DNA from: Deltaproteobacteria bacterium
Lineage (GTDB): Bacteria; Myxococcota_A; Polyangia; Haliangiales; J016
Reading direction: 5' to 3'
DNA: 64,000 nt
Assembly: GCA_003696105.1 (NCBI GenBank)
Contig: RFGE01000022.1
Span: forward strand, 4,177-68,176
Shown here: piece after piece, positions 1-8,727 of the stretch
Numbering within the stretch: the first letter of the stretch is position 1
How the letters are laid out: every line of letters starts with the position of its first letter
The notes under the pieces: model-generated
Seen by the model: the letters and a program-made list of their open reading frames with translations, nothing else
What the model was told of the DNA's origin: nothing
Database searches by the model: none
Made by a program: the position numbers and the translations under genes

Positions 1-90
1 GCCGCGCGACGACCGCGGCGAGCCGATCGCTCATGTGCGCGGCGCTCTACAGTTGCATGTGCAACCAGACCGCGCCGTCGCCGGTCGGCG

Positions 91-576
91 CTACTCCGAG
101 TCCGCCGCGTCGCCGGCGGCCTGCGCCTCGGCAACGGCCTGCGCCTCGGCGGCGGCCTGCTCGGCAGCGGCTTCCGCCCGCGCTTCGGCCTCCGCCTGGG
201 CCTTGGCCTTGGCGCGGTCGTACACCCGCTCGCGAATCCGCGCCGCCTTGCCGCGCAGCTCGCGCAGGTAGTAGAGCTTGGACCGCCGCACGCGACCGCG
301 GGCGCGCACCTCGACCTTCTCGACGTTCGGCGAATAGAACGGGAAGATGCGCTCGACGCCGACGCCGTAGCTGATCTTGCGGACGGTAAACGATGCGCGC
401 GCCCCCCCGCGGGTGCGCTTGATGCACACGCCCTCGAACGCCTGCAGGCGCGTCTTGTCGCCTTCCCGGATCTTGACCCACACCTTGATGGTGTCGCCGG
501 GGCGGAAGTCCGGCAGCTTCTTGTCGCGCCGGTATTCCTTCTCGATATCCTGGATGACGGGGTGCGGAGCGGACAT
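91..576 (-). CDS. rplS: 50S ribosomal protein L19 with Ala/Glu/Gln-rich C-terminal tail
   Basis: 161-aa ORF. The first ~115 aa match the L19 pattern ([33 protein letters not shown]...[13 protein letters not shown]...RRSKLYYLR). It is the last gene of the conserved rpsP-rimM-trmD-rplS operon. The tail is [40 protein letters not shown]. Confidence 0.95.
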   Translation of the reverse strand: MSAPHPVIQDIEKEYRRDKKLPDFRPGDTIKVWVKIREGDKTRLQAFEGVCIKRTRGGARASFTVRKISYGVGVERIFPFYSPNVEKVEVRARGRVRRSKLYYLRELRGKAARIRERVYDRAKAKAQAEAEARAEAAAEQAAAEAQAVAEAQAAGDAADSE

Positions 577-607
577 AGGGCGGTACTTCTACAGCATTTT
601 CGGGCCG

Positions 608-1834
608 TCAGGGAGCCCTTTTTCCAAAGAAACGATCGAGGTAGACGCCGACTGCGGTCCGCACGGACAGGTGGCGGAATTCCGAGGGGCCGACGATCGG
701 CGTAAGCACTTGATCTGACAACGAAAACACGGAGTCGGCGAGGCCGTGGCCCGTCCCGAACACGAGCGCGAGCGGCGCGTCGGGATCCGCCGGGACCGGC
801 ACGGGCACCGCATCGGGCCGCTCCCGGGCCGACGTCGCCACCACCCACGGGCGCCGCTTGCCGTGGCGGCGCGCGATGTCGGCCAGCGCGTCGTCCAGGC
901 TCGCGACCGCCCGCACCGCCGCGAGCGCCACGCCGCGCTTGGCCTCGCGAGCTGCTCCGTCCTGCCAGTTCGCGATGACGCGCGCGACCATGTCCCGCTG
1001 CGCGGCGATCGGCGTGATCACGTAGTAGCCGGCGAGGCCGTACGTCGTCGCCGATCGCGCGATGTCGTGAATGTCGAGGTTCGTGATGGACGTCGTGATC
1101 GTGCGGCCGCCGGCATCCAGCACCGGGTGGTGGACGAGGCACACGTACGTCGCCCCGGCCCGCGCCGCGAGCCCGCGCAGCAACAAGTCGGGCCGCCGCG
1201 CCAGCGTGCGTTCCACCGCGCGCGCCCGCCGCCATGCCGCGATGGCCGCGTGGTTGCCGGATTGCAACACCTCGGGCACGCGCACACCGCGCACCTTTGC
1301 CGGCCGCGTGTAGTGCGGGTACTCGAGCAGCGGCTCGGAGAACGACTCCTCGTCGACGGACGACGCCTCGCCGAGCACGCCGGGCACGTAGCGCGACACC
1401 GCGTCGATGACGGCCATCGCCGCGGGCTCACCGCCGGACAGCACGAAGGCCCCGATCGACAGTTCCTCGTCGATCGCCGGCGCGATGCGGGCGTCGATGC
1501 CCTCGTAGCGGCCGCACACCAGCAAGATGTGGTCGAGCGCCGCGAGTTCGCGCACGCGGCGTTGCGACAGCGGTGCGCCTGCCGGCGACAGCAAGATGCG
1601 GTGTGCGCCGGGGGCCGACTCGATGGCAGCGAGCACCGGCGGCGCCATCATCACCATCCCGGGGCCGCCGCCATACGGCGCGTCGTCGACGGTGCGGTGC
1701 TTGTCGGTGGCGAATGCGCGCGGGTCGACGAACTCGACCTCGACGAGGCCGGCGGCGCGCGCCTTGCCGAGCAGCGATGCGTCGAGAAACGACGCGAACA
1801 TGTCGGGAAACAGGGTGACGACCGTGAACTTCAC
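608..1834 (-). CDS. trmD: tRNA (guanine37-N1)-methyltransferase TrmD fused to a second SPOUT-like RNA methyltransferase domain
   Basis: GTG at 1834 overlaps the rimM stop (GTGA at 1834..1831). The N-half, VKFTVVTLFPDMF...DDAPYGGGPGMVM...LLVCGRYEGIDAR, is TrmD. The C-half, YVCLVHHPVLDAGGRTITTSITNLDIHDIARSATTYGLAGYYVITP...LVFGTGHGL, looks like the TM1570-type SPOUT protein usually encoded separately between trmD and rplS. The Arg-rich 67 aa upstream in the ORF track (to 2035) overlap rimM and are rejected. Confidence 0.9.
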   Translation of the reverse strand: MKFTVVTLFPDMFASFLDASLLGKARAAGLVEVEFVDPRAFATDKHRTVDDAPYGGGPGMVMMAPPVLAAIESAPGAHRILLSPAGAPLSQRRVRELAALDHILLVCGRYEGIDARIAPAIDEELSIGAFVLSGGEPAAMAVIDAVSRYVPGVLGEASSVDEESFSEPLLEYPHYTRPAKVRGVRVPEVLQSGNHAAIAAWRRARAVERTLARRPDLLLRGLAARAGATYVCLVHHPVLDAGGRTITTSITNLDIHDIARSATTYGLAGYYVITPIAAQRDMVARVIANWQDGAAREAKRGVALAAVRAVASLDDALADIARRHGKRRPWVVATSARERPDAVPVPVPADPDAPLALVFGTGHGLADSVFSLSDQVLTPIVGPSEFRHLSVRTAVGVYLDRFFGKRAP

Positions 1835-2340
1835 CGGCGCACCTCGGGCAACCCCTCCGGCGGATCCACGACGACCCGGCGCCGGTCGAGGTCGATGTCG
1901 ACGACGAGGGCGCCGCGGACGAGCGGCAGTTCGCGCTCGACGTCGCCGTCCCGTATGACGAGCCGATCCTGCGCGCCGGGGATGACCGCCTCGATGCGCC
2001 CCCACGGCGTGCCGTCGACCAGCTCGACGGCGCAACCGATGAGGTCGACCTCGAAGACCTCCCCCGGCGCCAGCGGCACGTCGGCGCGATCGACCGCGAC
2101 CGCCGCCCCCTTGAGCGCCTCGGCGCGGTCGCGGTCGGCGACGCCGTCGACGGCGAGCAACACGGCCCCGCGCGTCCCGGCCCGCGCGCTCGCGACCGCA
2201 TAGGGTTCGCCGTCGAGGTAGACGGTCGCGACGGCGTAGAGCGTTTCGCTTTCCGGGTTGTGCAGGTGGACGCGCAGCTCGCCCCGCACTCCGTGGGCGC
2301 GCGCGACGTAGCCGATGAGCAGGAGGCGGTCGTCGGCCAT
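1831..2340 (-). CDS. rimM: 16S rRNA processing protein RimM
   Basis: 169 aa. LLIGYVARAHGVRGELRV... and a PRC-barrel-like C-half. Operon position is between the KH protein and trmD. Confidence 0.9.
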   Translation of the reverse strand: MADDRLLLIGYVARAHGVRGELRVHLHNPESETLYAVATVYLDGEPYAVASARAGTRGAVLLAVDGVADRDRAEALKGAAVAVDRADVPLAPGEVFEVDLIGCAVELVDGTPWGRIEAVIPGAQDRLVIRDGDVERELPLVRGALVVDIDLDRRRVVVDPPEGLPEVRR

Positions 2341-2355
2341 GACCCCGCCGGCGCG

Positions 2356-2601
2356 CTACTCGAGGATCTCGACGAGAATGCGCTTGCGCGACCGCGGCGC
2401 AGCGGCGCCGACGACCTGGCGGATGGCGCGCGCGGTCTTGCCGCCGCGGCCGATGACCTTGCCGAGGTCTTCGTCGGCGACCTCGATCTCGTAGACGTTC
2501 GCGTTGCGCTCCTCGACGAGCTCGACGCGGACTTCCTCCGGCCGGTCGACCAGCCCCTTGGCCAGGTAGCGGATGAGTTCGATCAGATCGGGGGCCGGCA
2601 T
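2356..2601 (-). CDS. KH-domain RNA-binding protein (YlqC/UPF0109 family)
   Basis: 81 aa with the KH GxxG loop (VIGRGGKTARAIR). Conserved position between rpsP and rimM. Confidence 0.88.
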   Translation of the reverse strand: MPAPDLIELIRYLAKGLVDRPEEVRVELVEERNANVYEIEVADEDLGKVIGRGGKTARAIRQVVGAAAPRSRKRILVEILE

Positions 2602-2616
2602 CGGCGACGCGCGGGC

Positions 2617-2862
2617 CTACTCCGCAGCCGCGGCCTGCAGCTTGCGGGCGAGGTTGCGAACGGTGTCGGTCGGCTGGGCGCCGGTCGACAACCAGTAGCC
2701 GTAGCGTTCCTGGTCGAGGTGAACGACCTTGGCGCGCGGATCGTAATACCCGATCTGCTCGATGAACCGGCCGTCGCGCGGTTTGCGCCGGTCGGCCGCG
2801 ACGATGCGGTAAAACGGCCTCTTCTTGGCGCCCTGGCGGGCCAATCGGATCGAGACTGCCAT
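2617..2862 (-). CDS. rpsP: 30S ribosomal protein S16
   Basis: [42 protein letters not shown] is a canonical S16 N-terminus. ATG at 2862 is chosen over the upstream track start at 2934. Confidence 0.95.
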   Translation of the reverse strand: MAVSIRLARQGAKKRPFYRIVAADRRKPRDGRFIEQIGYYDPRAKVVHLDQERYGYWLSTGAQPTDTVRNLARKLQAAAAE

Positions 2863-2872
2863 AGAGCGCGGC

Positions 2873-2901
2873 AACCTACACGCGACCGACGACCCTGTCA
2901 A
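2873..2901 (-). promoter_or_regulatory. candidate sigma70-type promoter of the rpsP operon (near-leaderless)
   Basis: On the minus strand: TTGACA (2901..2896), a 17-nt spacer, TAGGTT (2878..2873), then only 10 nt (gccgcgctct, no SD) before ATG 2862. Confidence 0.4.
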
Positions 2902-2976
2902 CACCCGAAATCTCCGCGCCGGGCGCGGCCGCACACGCAGCGCGCGGCCGCGGCGCCGTGCTATATCCGGGCCGTC

Positions 2977-4653
2977 GTGGTGATCGTCAGACGTGCGCTC
3001 GTCGCCTGCTGCGCCGCGGCCCTCGCCGCCTGCTCCGCGCGGCCCAAGACCGCGGGATCCGGCGACTCGGCCGGCCGTCTGACCGTGTTCGTCACCACGG
3101 AGGTCAAGGGCCAGACCGAGCCGTGCGGCTGTACGAGCGACCCGATGGGGGACCTCGCGCGCACCGCGGCGCTGATTGCAGGCGCACGGCGGGCCGGGCC
3201 GGTCGTGGTCGTGGACGGGGGATCGCTGCTATACGGCGAGGCGCGGGTGCGCCCGGACCGCGCCGTACAGGCCGAACGCAAGGCCGACCTCGTCGCGGAG
3301 GTCTACCGCGACCGGCTCGGCGCCGCCGCCATCGGGTTGGGCCCGTTCGACCTCGCGAGCGGCCCGGACGGGGTGCGCCTGCCGCGCCAGGCGGCCAACG
3401 CGCGCGGCGTCCGCACCGAGCCGCCGAAGGTGATCGACGCCGGCGGCGTCCGCGTCGGCGTGTTCGGGGTGGTCGACCCGGCGCGGGTGGCCAAGGCAGG
3501 TGTCGACGCTTCAGACCCGGTCGCCGCGGCGCGCGACGCGGTGCGGTCGCTGGCCGCCGACGGCGCGCAGGTGATCGTCGCGCTGCTCCACATGAGTCGC
3601 GCCGACGCGCGGTCGCTCGCCGCGGCGGTGCCCGGCATCCACCTGGCCGTCGTCGGCGCCGATGCGCCGGAGCCCGACCGCGTGTCGCCGGCGCCGGAGC
3701 GCGCGGGCGACGCGTGGCTGGTGCAGCCGGCCAACCGCGGCCAGGTCGTCTCCCGGATCGATCTCACGTGGCGCGGCCCCGGGCCGCTCGCCGACGCGAT
3801 CGGCCCGGCGCGCGCGCGCGCCGAACTGGCCGAGCTCGACCGGCGCATCGCAGTGGTCGAGGCGGACGTCGCCAAGTTTGCCGCGGACCCGGCGGCGGAC
3901 CCGACATTCGTCGCCGCCCAGCGGGCGGATCTCGCCGAGCTGCGCGCGCGCCGCGCCGCGCTGGCCGCGGAGCCGCTGCGGGTGCCCGCCGAGGGCAGCT
4001 ACTTCGTGCTCGAGCAGATCCCGATCCGCAAGGCGCTCGCGTGCGACGCCGACGTGGTGGCGAAAAAGCGTGCGTATGACCTGGCGGTGGGCCGCGACAA
4101 CCTGGCGCGCGCGCCGGCCGAACCGCCGCCCGTGCCGCCGGGCCAGGCGGGCTACGCCGGCATCGGCGAGTGCGCGTTCTGCCACGCCGACGCGGTGGCG
4201 TTTTGGCGCGGCACCGTCCACGCCAGGGCGTGGGAGACCCTCGAGCAGCTCGGCAAGCAGTACGACCTCGAGTGCGTGTACTGCCACGTGACCGGGTTCG
4301 ACCGGCCGGGCGGCGCGACGCTCAAGACGCTGGCGAATCCGCCGGAGGGCGAGTCGCTGCGCGACGTCCAGTGCGAGGTGTGCCACGGGCCCGCGTCGCT
4401 GCACGTCGACGCCGACGGCAAGGAACGGCCGCGGTCGCTGGTGCGGGCGCCGCCGGTCGACACCTGCGTGACATGCCACAACGAGCTGCACTCGGATACG
4501 TTCGACTACGAGGCGTATTTGCGCGACGTCACCGGGCCCGGCCACGGCGAGGCGTTCCGCGCGCGGCTCGGCGACGGGCCGACCGGACGGCAACTTCGCC
4601 GCGCGGCGCTCGAGGCGGCGGGGGCTGCGATCGGCGAGGGATGCGACAAGTAG
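2977..4653 (+). CDS. lipoprotein: degenerate UshA/calcineurin-like N-domain fused to a tetraheme c-type cytochrome (c554-like)
   Basis: GTG 2977/2980 gives [23 protein letters not shown] (signal peptide plus LAAC lipobox). The C-terminus has four CxxCH motifs (CAFCH, CVYCH, CEVCH, CVTCH). The N-domain is collinear with 5'-nucleotidase N-domains but lacks their metal-ligand motifs. The start codon is uncertain. Confidence 0.8.
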   Translation: MVIVRRALVACCAAALAACSARPKTAGSGDSAGRLTVFVTTEVKGQTEPCGCTSDPMGDLARTAALIAGARRAGPVVVVDGGSLLYGEARVRPDRAVQAERKADLVAEVYRDRLGAAAIGLGPFDLASGPDGVRLPRQAANARGVRTEPPKVIDAGGVRVGVFGVVDPARVAKAGVDASDPVAAARDAVRSLAADGAQVIVALLHMSRADARSLAAAVPGIHLAVVGADAPEPDRVSPAPERAGDAWLVQPANRGQVVSRIDLTWRGPGPLADAIGPARARAELAELDRRIAVVEADVAKFAADPAADPTFVAAQRADLAELRARRAALAAEPLRVPAEGSYFVLEQIPIRKALACDADVVAKKRAYDLAVGRDNLARAPAEPPPVPPGQAGYAGIGECAFCHADAVAFWRGTVHARAWETLEQLGKQYDLECVYCHVTGFDRPGGATLKTLANPPEGESLRDVQCEVCHGPASLHVDADGKERPRSLVRAPPVDTCVTCHNELHSDTFDYEAYLRDVTGPGHGEAFRARLGDGPTGRQLRRAALEAAGAAIGEGCDK

Positions 4654-5138
4654 CGAACGCGGCGCGCGCAGTCTGCACCGGGGGCCGGCGACGGGCATGC
4701 CACGGGCGGCGACTGATTGTATCAGCAACCGTTGCGCTCGCGGTGGCCGCGGCGCCGGCGTGCGGCGGCGCCCAGGCCCACCCGCCGGCGCGGCGCGGCG
4801 CGGTGACGCGCGGACTGGCCGCGTGGTACGGGGCAAAGTTTCACGGGCGCCGGACCGCGTCCGGCGAGCGGTTCGACCGCCGCGCGCTCACCGCCGCCCA
4901 CCGCACGTTGCCGTTCGGCACGCGCGTTCGAGTCACCAACCTCGCCAACGGCCGGTCGGTGATCGTGCGGATCAACGACCGCGGCCCGTACGGGCGGCGC
5001 AATCGCATCATCGACGTGTCGGAAGCGGCGGCGCGCCGCCTCGGGATGCTGCGGTCGGGGGTCGCGCGGGTCGAGATCGTCGTCGTCGAGCTCGGCGACG
5101 GACGCGGCGCCCGCCGCCGCGCGGGCAAGCGGCGATGA
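4641..5138 (+). CDS. rlpA: RlpA-family (DPBB) lytic transglycosylase lipoprotein
   Basis: [60 protein letters not shown] is an RlpA double-psi beta-barrel. The N-terminus ...[12 protein letters not shown] is a lipobox. ATG 4641 overlaps the previous gene by 13 nt; the start is uncertain. Confidence 0.85.
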   Translation: MRQVANAARAVCTGGRRRACHGRRLIVSATVALAVAAAPACGGAQAHPPARRGAVTRGLAAWYGAKFHGRRTASGERFDRRALTAAHRTLPFGTRVRVTNLANGRSVIVRINDRGPYGRRNRIIDVSEAAARRLGMLRSGVARVEIVVVELGDGRGARRRAGKRR

Positions 5139-6046
5139 TCGAGTTGGCCCACGTGACCGTGCGCTACGGCTCGGTGGAGGCGTTGTCGGACGTCACCGCA
5201 ACGATCGAAGGGCGCGTCATCGGGTTGCTCGGTCCCAACGGCGCCGGCAAGTCCACGTTGCTGAAGGTGCTGCTCGGTCTCACGGAGTTCTCCGGCGACG
5301 CGCGCGTGTGGGACCTGTCGTGCCGCACCGACGCGCTGCGCATCCGCGACCGCATCGGCTACATGCCGGAGCGCGACTCGTACCTGGCCGACCTCAACGC
5401 CGTCGAGATGTGCGCGTACGCGGGCGAACTCGGCGGGTTGCCGCGACACGAGGCGATGCAGCGCGCGCACGAGGCGCTGTACTACGCAGGGCTCGAGGAC
5501 AAGCGGTACCTGCCGGTGGCCGGTTACTCGACCGGGCTCAAGCAGCGGGTGAAGCTCGCGCAGGCGCTCGTGCACGATCCGAAGCTGCTGTTCCTCGACG
5601 AGCCGACCAACGGTCTCGACCCGCGGGCGCGCGACGAGATGCTCGCACTGATCGAGGATCTGCCCGCGCGGCGCGGCTGCACCGTCGTGCTGTCGACGCA
5701 TCTTCTGGCCGACGTGGACCGCGTGTGCGACGCGGTCGCCATCCTGCAGTCCGGACACATCCGCTACTCGGGCTCGATCGCCGCTTTGCGATCGGGCGGC
5801 GGCGACGGCGTCTACGACGTGGGCGTCAAGCGCGATGCGCCCGCGCTGGCGCAGCGCCTCGCGGCCGCGGGCTGCCGCGTCGACGTGCGCGATCCGCTGC
5901 ACCTGGAAGTGGCCCTCCCCGCGGGCGCCGACGCGCGGCTCGTGCTGCACCACGCGCGCGACGCCGGCGTACAGGTGCGACACATCGCGCCGCGCACGGT
6001 GTCGCTGGAGACCGCGTTTTTGCGCGAGATCGGAGCCGCACCGTGA
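5135..6046 (+). CDS. ABC transporter ATP-binding protein
   Basis: [12 protein letters not shown]...[14 protein letters not shown] (Walker A), YSTGLKQRV (signature), [12 protein letters not shown] (Walker B). ATGA overlap with the rlpA stop. Confidence 0.93.
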   Translation: MIELAHVTVRYGSVEALSDVTATIEGRVIGLLGPNGAGKSTLLKVLLGLTEFSGDARVWDLSCRTDALRIRDRIGYMPERDSYLADLNAVEMCAYAGELGGLPRHEAMQRAHEALYYAGLEDKRYLPVAGYSTGLKQRVKLAQALVHDPKLLFLDEPTNGLDPRARDEMLALIEDLPARRGCTVVLSTHLLADVDRVCDAVAILQSGHIRYSGSIAALRSGGGDGVYDVGVKRDAPALAQRLAAAGCRVDVRDPLHLEVALPAGADARLVLHHARDAGVQVRHIAPRTVSLETAFLREIGAAP

Positions 6047-6951
6047 CGCCGTCGCGCGACGCCGCCGTCCACGACCTGAGCTATCGCCCCTACGAAGGCG
6101 TACGCCGGCCTCTGCACACGCGCTACCGGGCCATCGCCCGGAACCTCGTGGCGGTGAGCTGGCGCGGGTGGCTGCGACTGCGCGCGTGGGTGATCGCGGC
6201 GGTGATCGCCGTCGTCGTGTTCGGCGCGCTCACGTACGTGTTTTCGTTTCTCACGCAAAACCGCATCGTCGAACACGCGCTCGCGGGCAGCGGCACGCCG
6301 CTGCGCCTGACGGACTACCTGCTGCCGCTGTCCGTCGACGTGATGACGACGCTGGCGTTCGTCGTCGGCTTGACCGCGCTCGCGGGCGCCGTGGCCGACG
6401 ACCTGCGCGCGGGCGCATTCGAGTTCTACTTCGCGCGGCCGATTCGCGCGCGCGACTACATCGCCGGGAAGCTGCTCGGCGGCGCGATCATGATCGGAGC
6501 GATCGCCCTGTGCGGCCCGGTCGTCGTCGCCCTCGTGCAGCTCGCGCTGTCGACCGACACCGCGCGCGCGGCGGCCGGCGTGGCGCGCGCGATCGCGGCG
6601 GGGGCGATCGCCACGGCGGCGTTCGCGGTGGTGCCGCTCGGCATCGGCGCACTCGGGTCGCGGCGGCGCTATACCGCGGCGGCGTGGGCGCTGCTGTATC
6701 TCGTCGCCGGTAACGTCGCGATCGGCATCGGCCACGCCGTCGGCGCCCCCGAAGTCGGCGCGTTGAGTCTCAAGCAGTCGGTGATGGCGCTCGCGTATGC
6801 GATCTTCGACGTCCGCATCGTGCGCGGCGACGACCTCCTGCCGCCGGAGTGGGCGGCGGTACTCGCGCTGATCGGATACGTCGGCGCGGCGCTCGGCGCG
6901 CTGAGCTGGCGCGTGCGCCGCGCGTACCGGCGGGGAGTGGCGACAGGATGA
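6043..6951 (+). CDS. ABC-2-type transporter permease
   Basis: GTGA overlap with the preceding ATPase. About 300 aa, multi-TM and hydrophobic (WVIAAVIAVVVFGALTYVF..., AGAFEFYFARPI). Confidence 0.8.
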   Translation: MTPSRDAAVHDLSYRPYEGVRRPLHTRYRAIARNLVAVSWRGWLRLRAWVIAAVIAVVVFGALTYVFSFLTQNRIVEHALAGSGTPLRLTDYLLPLSVDVMTTLAFVVGLTALAGAVADDLRAGAFEFYFARPIRARDYIAGKLLGGAIMIGAIALCGPVVVALVQLALSTDTARAAAGVARAIAAGAIATAAFAVVPLGIGALGSRRRYTAAAWALLYLVAGNVAIGIGHAVGAPEVGALSLKQSVMALAYAIFDVRIVRGDDLLPPEWAAVLALIGYVGAALGALSWRVRRAYRRGVATG

Positions 6952-7898
6952 CCGGCGTCGACTCCGCGGCAGCGATCGCCTTCGACCACTGCTCGAAGTG
7001 GTACGGGCAGGTGCTCGGCCTGTCGGACGTGTCCTGGTCGACCGGCGCCGGGGTCGTCGGCCTGCTCGGCCCCAACGGCGCTGGCAAGTCGACGTTCATC
7101 AAGCTCGTCGCCGGCCTGATGCGACCCTCGCGCGGACGCTGCACCGTGTTCGGACAACCGCCCGCGGCGTCGCGCGACGCCCGCGCGCGGATCGGCTACG
7201 CGCCGGAGCACGACCGCGCGTGGGACGAGCTGACTGCACTCGAGTTCGTCGCCGCGCTCGCCGAACTCGCCGGCGTGCCCCGGCGCGCCGCCCGCCGCCG
7301 CGCCGAGGACGCGCTCGCCAGCGTCGGCATGGCCGACGCGATGCACCGGCGCATCGCCGGCTTCTCCAAGGGCATGCGCCAGCGCACGAAGCTGGCCCAG
7401 GCGCTCGTCCACGATCCGGACCTGCTGCTGCTCGACGAGCCGCTCACCGGCGTGGACCCGCTCGCGCGGCGCGACCTGATCTCCCGCATCCGCGACCTCG
7501 GCGCCGCGGGCAAGACGGTCGTCGTGTCGAGCCACGTGTTGCCCGAGGTCCAGGCGATCACCGACACGGTGCTCGTGCTCCACCGCGGCCGCGTACTCGC
7601 CGAGGGCAACGTGATGCGCATTCGCGAATTGATCGACCGCCACCCGCATCGCATTCGGGTCGCGTGCGATCGGCCGCGCGAGTTGGCCGCCGCCGTCGTG
7701 CGCGCCGACCACGTCGTGCGGCTCTCGCTCGAGGACGGCGCGGTGGTCGTCGAGACGCGCGCGCCGGACGCCTGCTACGACCTGCTCGCCGACGCGATCT
7801 GCGAACTCGACATCGCGGTGACGGCGCTGTCGTCCCCCGACAACAATCTGGCGGCGGTGTTCGCGTACCTCACCGACGACCGGGGGGCAACGGCGTGA
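6948..7898 (+). CDS. ABC transporter ATP-binding protein (second copy)
   Basis: ATGA overlap. [35 protein letters not shown]. Confidence 0.93.
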   Translation: MTGVDSAAAIAFDHCSKWYGQVLGLSDVSWSTGAGVVGLLGPNGAGKSTFIKLVAGLMRPSRGRCTVFGQPPAASRDARARIGYAPEHDRAWDELTALEFVAALAELAGVPRRAARRRAEDALASVGMADAMHRRIAGFSKGMRQRTKLAQALVHDPDLLLLDEPLTGVDPLARRDLISRIRDLGAAGKTVVVSSHVLPEVQAITDTVLVLHRGRVLAEGNVMRIRELIDRHPHRIRVACDRPRELAAAVVRADHVVRLSLEDGAVVVETRAPDACYDLLADAICELDIAVTALSSPDNNLAAVFAYLTDDRGATA

Positions 7899-8593
7899 CC
7901 GGACTGCAGGCTACCGTCTCCGTCGCGAAGCTGGCGCTGGCGCGCGCGCGCCGCGGGCGGCTGGCGTGGATCACGGCGGCGGTCCTGCTGGCGCCGGCCG
8001 GGCTCGCCGCCGCGATCGGCTCGCGGGATCGCGCGTGGGACGCGACGCTCGAGGCGTTGACCCTGCTCGTGGCGGTCGTGCCCGCCCTGTGGCTGGCCCC
8101 CGCGCTGGCGGAGGAAATCGAGGACGACATGGTGTCGTACCTGTGGTCGCGGCCGATCCCGCGCTGGTCGGTCGTCGCCGGCAAGTGGCTCGCGTTCGCC
8201 CCGTCCGTCGCCGCCGGCCTGGCGATCGCCACGGTCGCGGCACACTGGGCCGCGCTCGGCGCGATCGCGTCGGCGCAGCTGCCCGCCGCGGTGGCCGCGG
8301 TCGCCGTCGGGGCGGTCGCGGCGGCAGGCGCAGCCGCCGGCGTCGGCTCGATCGCGCCTCGCCACCCGACCACGGTGGCCATCGCATACCTGGCGCTGGT
8401 CGACCTGATCATCGGTCAGATTCCGTTTGCCATACAACAGTTGTCGGTGACGCACCACGTGCGGACGATCGCGCACGCGACCACCGCCGCGACGGCGGGC
8501 GCCAGCGCCGTGCGGGCGGTGGCGATCGCCGCCGCGTGGCTGGCGATCGCGGCGTTCCGCGCCGCGCGGGCCGAGCCCGGCGACCGGCGCTGA
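7895..8593 (+). CDS. ABC-2-type transporter permease (second copy)
   Basis: GTGA overlap. Hydrophobic 232 aa (AWITAAVLLAPAGLAAAIG..., YLWSRPIPRW). Confidence 0.75.
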   Translation: MTGLQATVSVAKLALARARRGRLAWITAAVLLAPAGLAAAIGSRDRAWDATLEALTLLVAVVPALWLAPALAEEIEDDMVSYLWSRPIPRWSVVAGKWLAFAPSVAAGLAIATVAAHWAALGAIASAQLPAAVAAVAVGAVAAAGAAAGVGSIAPRHPTTVAIAYLALVDLIIGQIPFAIQQLSVTHHVRTIAHATTAATAGASAVRAVAIAAAWLAIAAFRAARAEPGDRR

Positions 8594-8608
8594 CGGCGAG
8601 GCCGTCCC

Positions 8609-8715
8609 GCACGCCGCGGCAGGTCGCCTGCGCGCAGGCGGCTCCCGTGGCGCGGCCGCCGCGCACGCCGCGGCAGGGTCACCTGCGCGCCGGCGGATCC
8701 CGTGGCGCGGCCGCC
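8609..8715. repeat. ~55-bp GC-rich tandem repeat (about 2 copies) with internal hairpins between convergent genes
   Basis: GCACGCCGCGGCAGGTCGCCTGCGCGCAGGCGGCTCCC then GTGGCGCGGCCGCCGCGCACGCCGCGGCAGGGTCACCTGCGCGCCGGCGGATCCC then GTGGCGCGGCCGCC. GGCGGATCC...GGATCCGCC forms a 9-bp stem. It shares TGCGCGCAGGCGGCTCCC with 30708..30725. Confidence 0.6.
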
Positions 8716-8727
8716 GGATCCGCCCCG

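Noticed and set aside
1-34. A possible gene start (ATG at 34, minus strand: MSDRLAAVVAR...) downstream of rplS, where rnhB often lies.
   Set aside because: Only 11 codons fall within the window, too few to support any call.
1835-2035. N-terminal 67-aa extension of the trmD ORF in the track.
   Set aside because: It is Arg-rich nonsense that overlaps rimM. The TrmD consensus begins at VKFTVVTLFPDMF, and GTG 1834 forms a GTGA overlap with the rimM stop.
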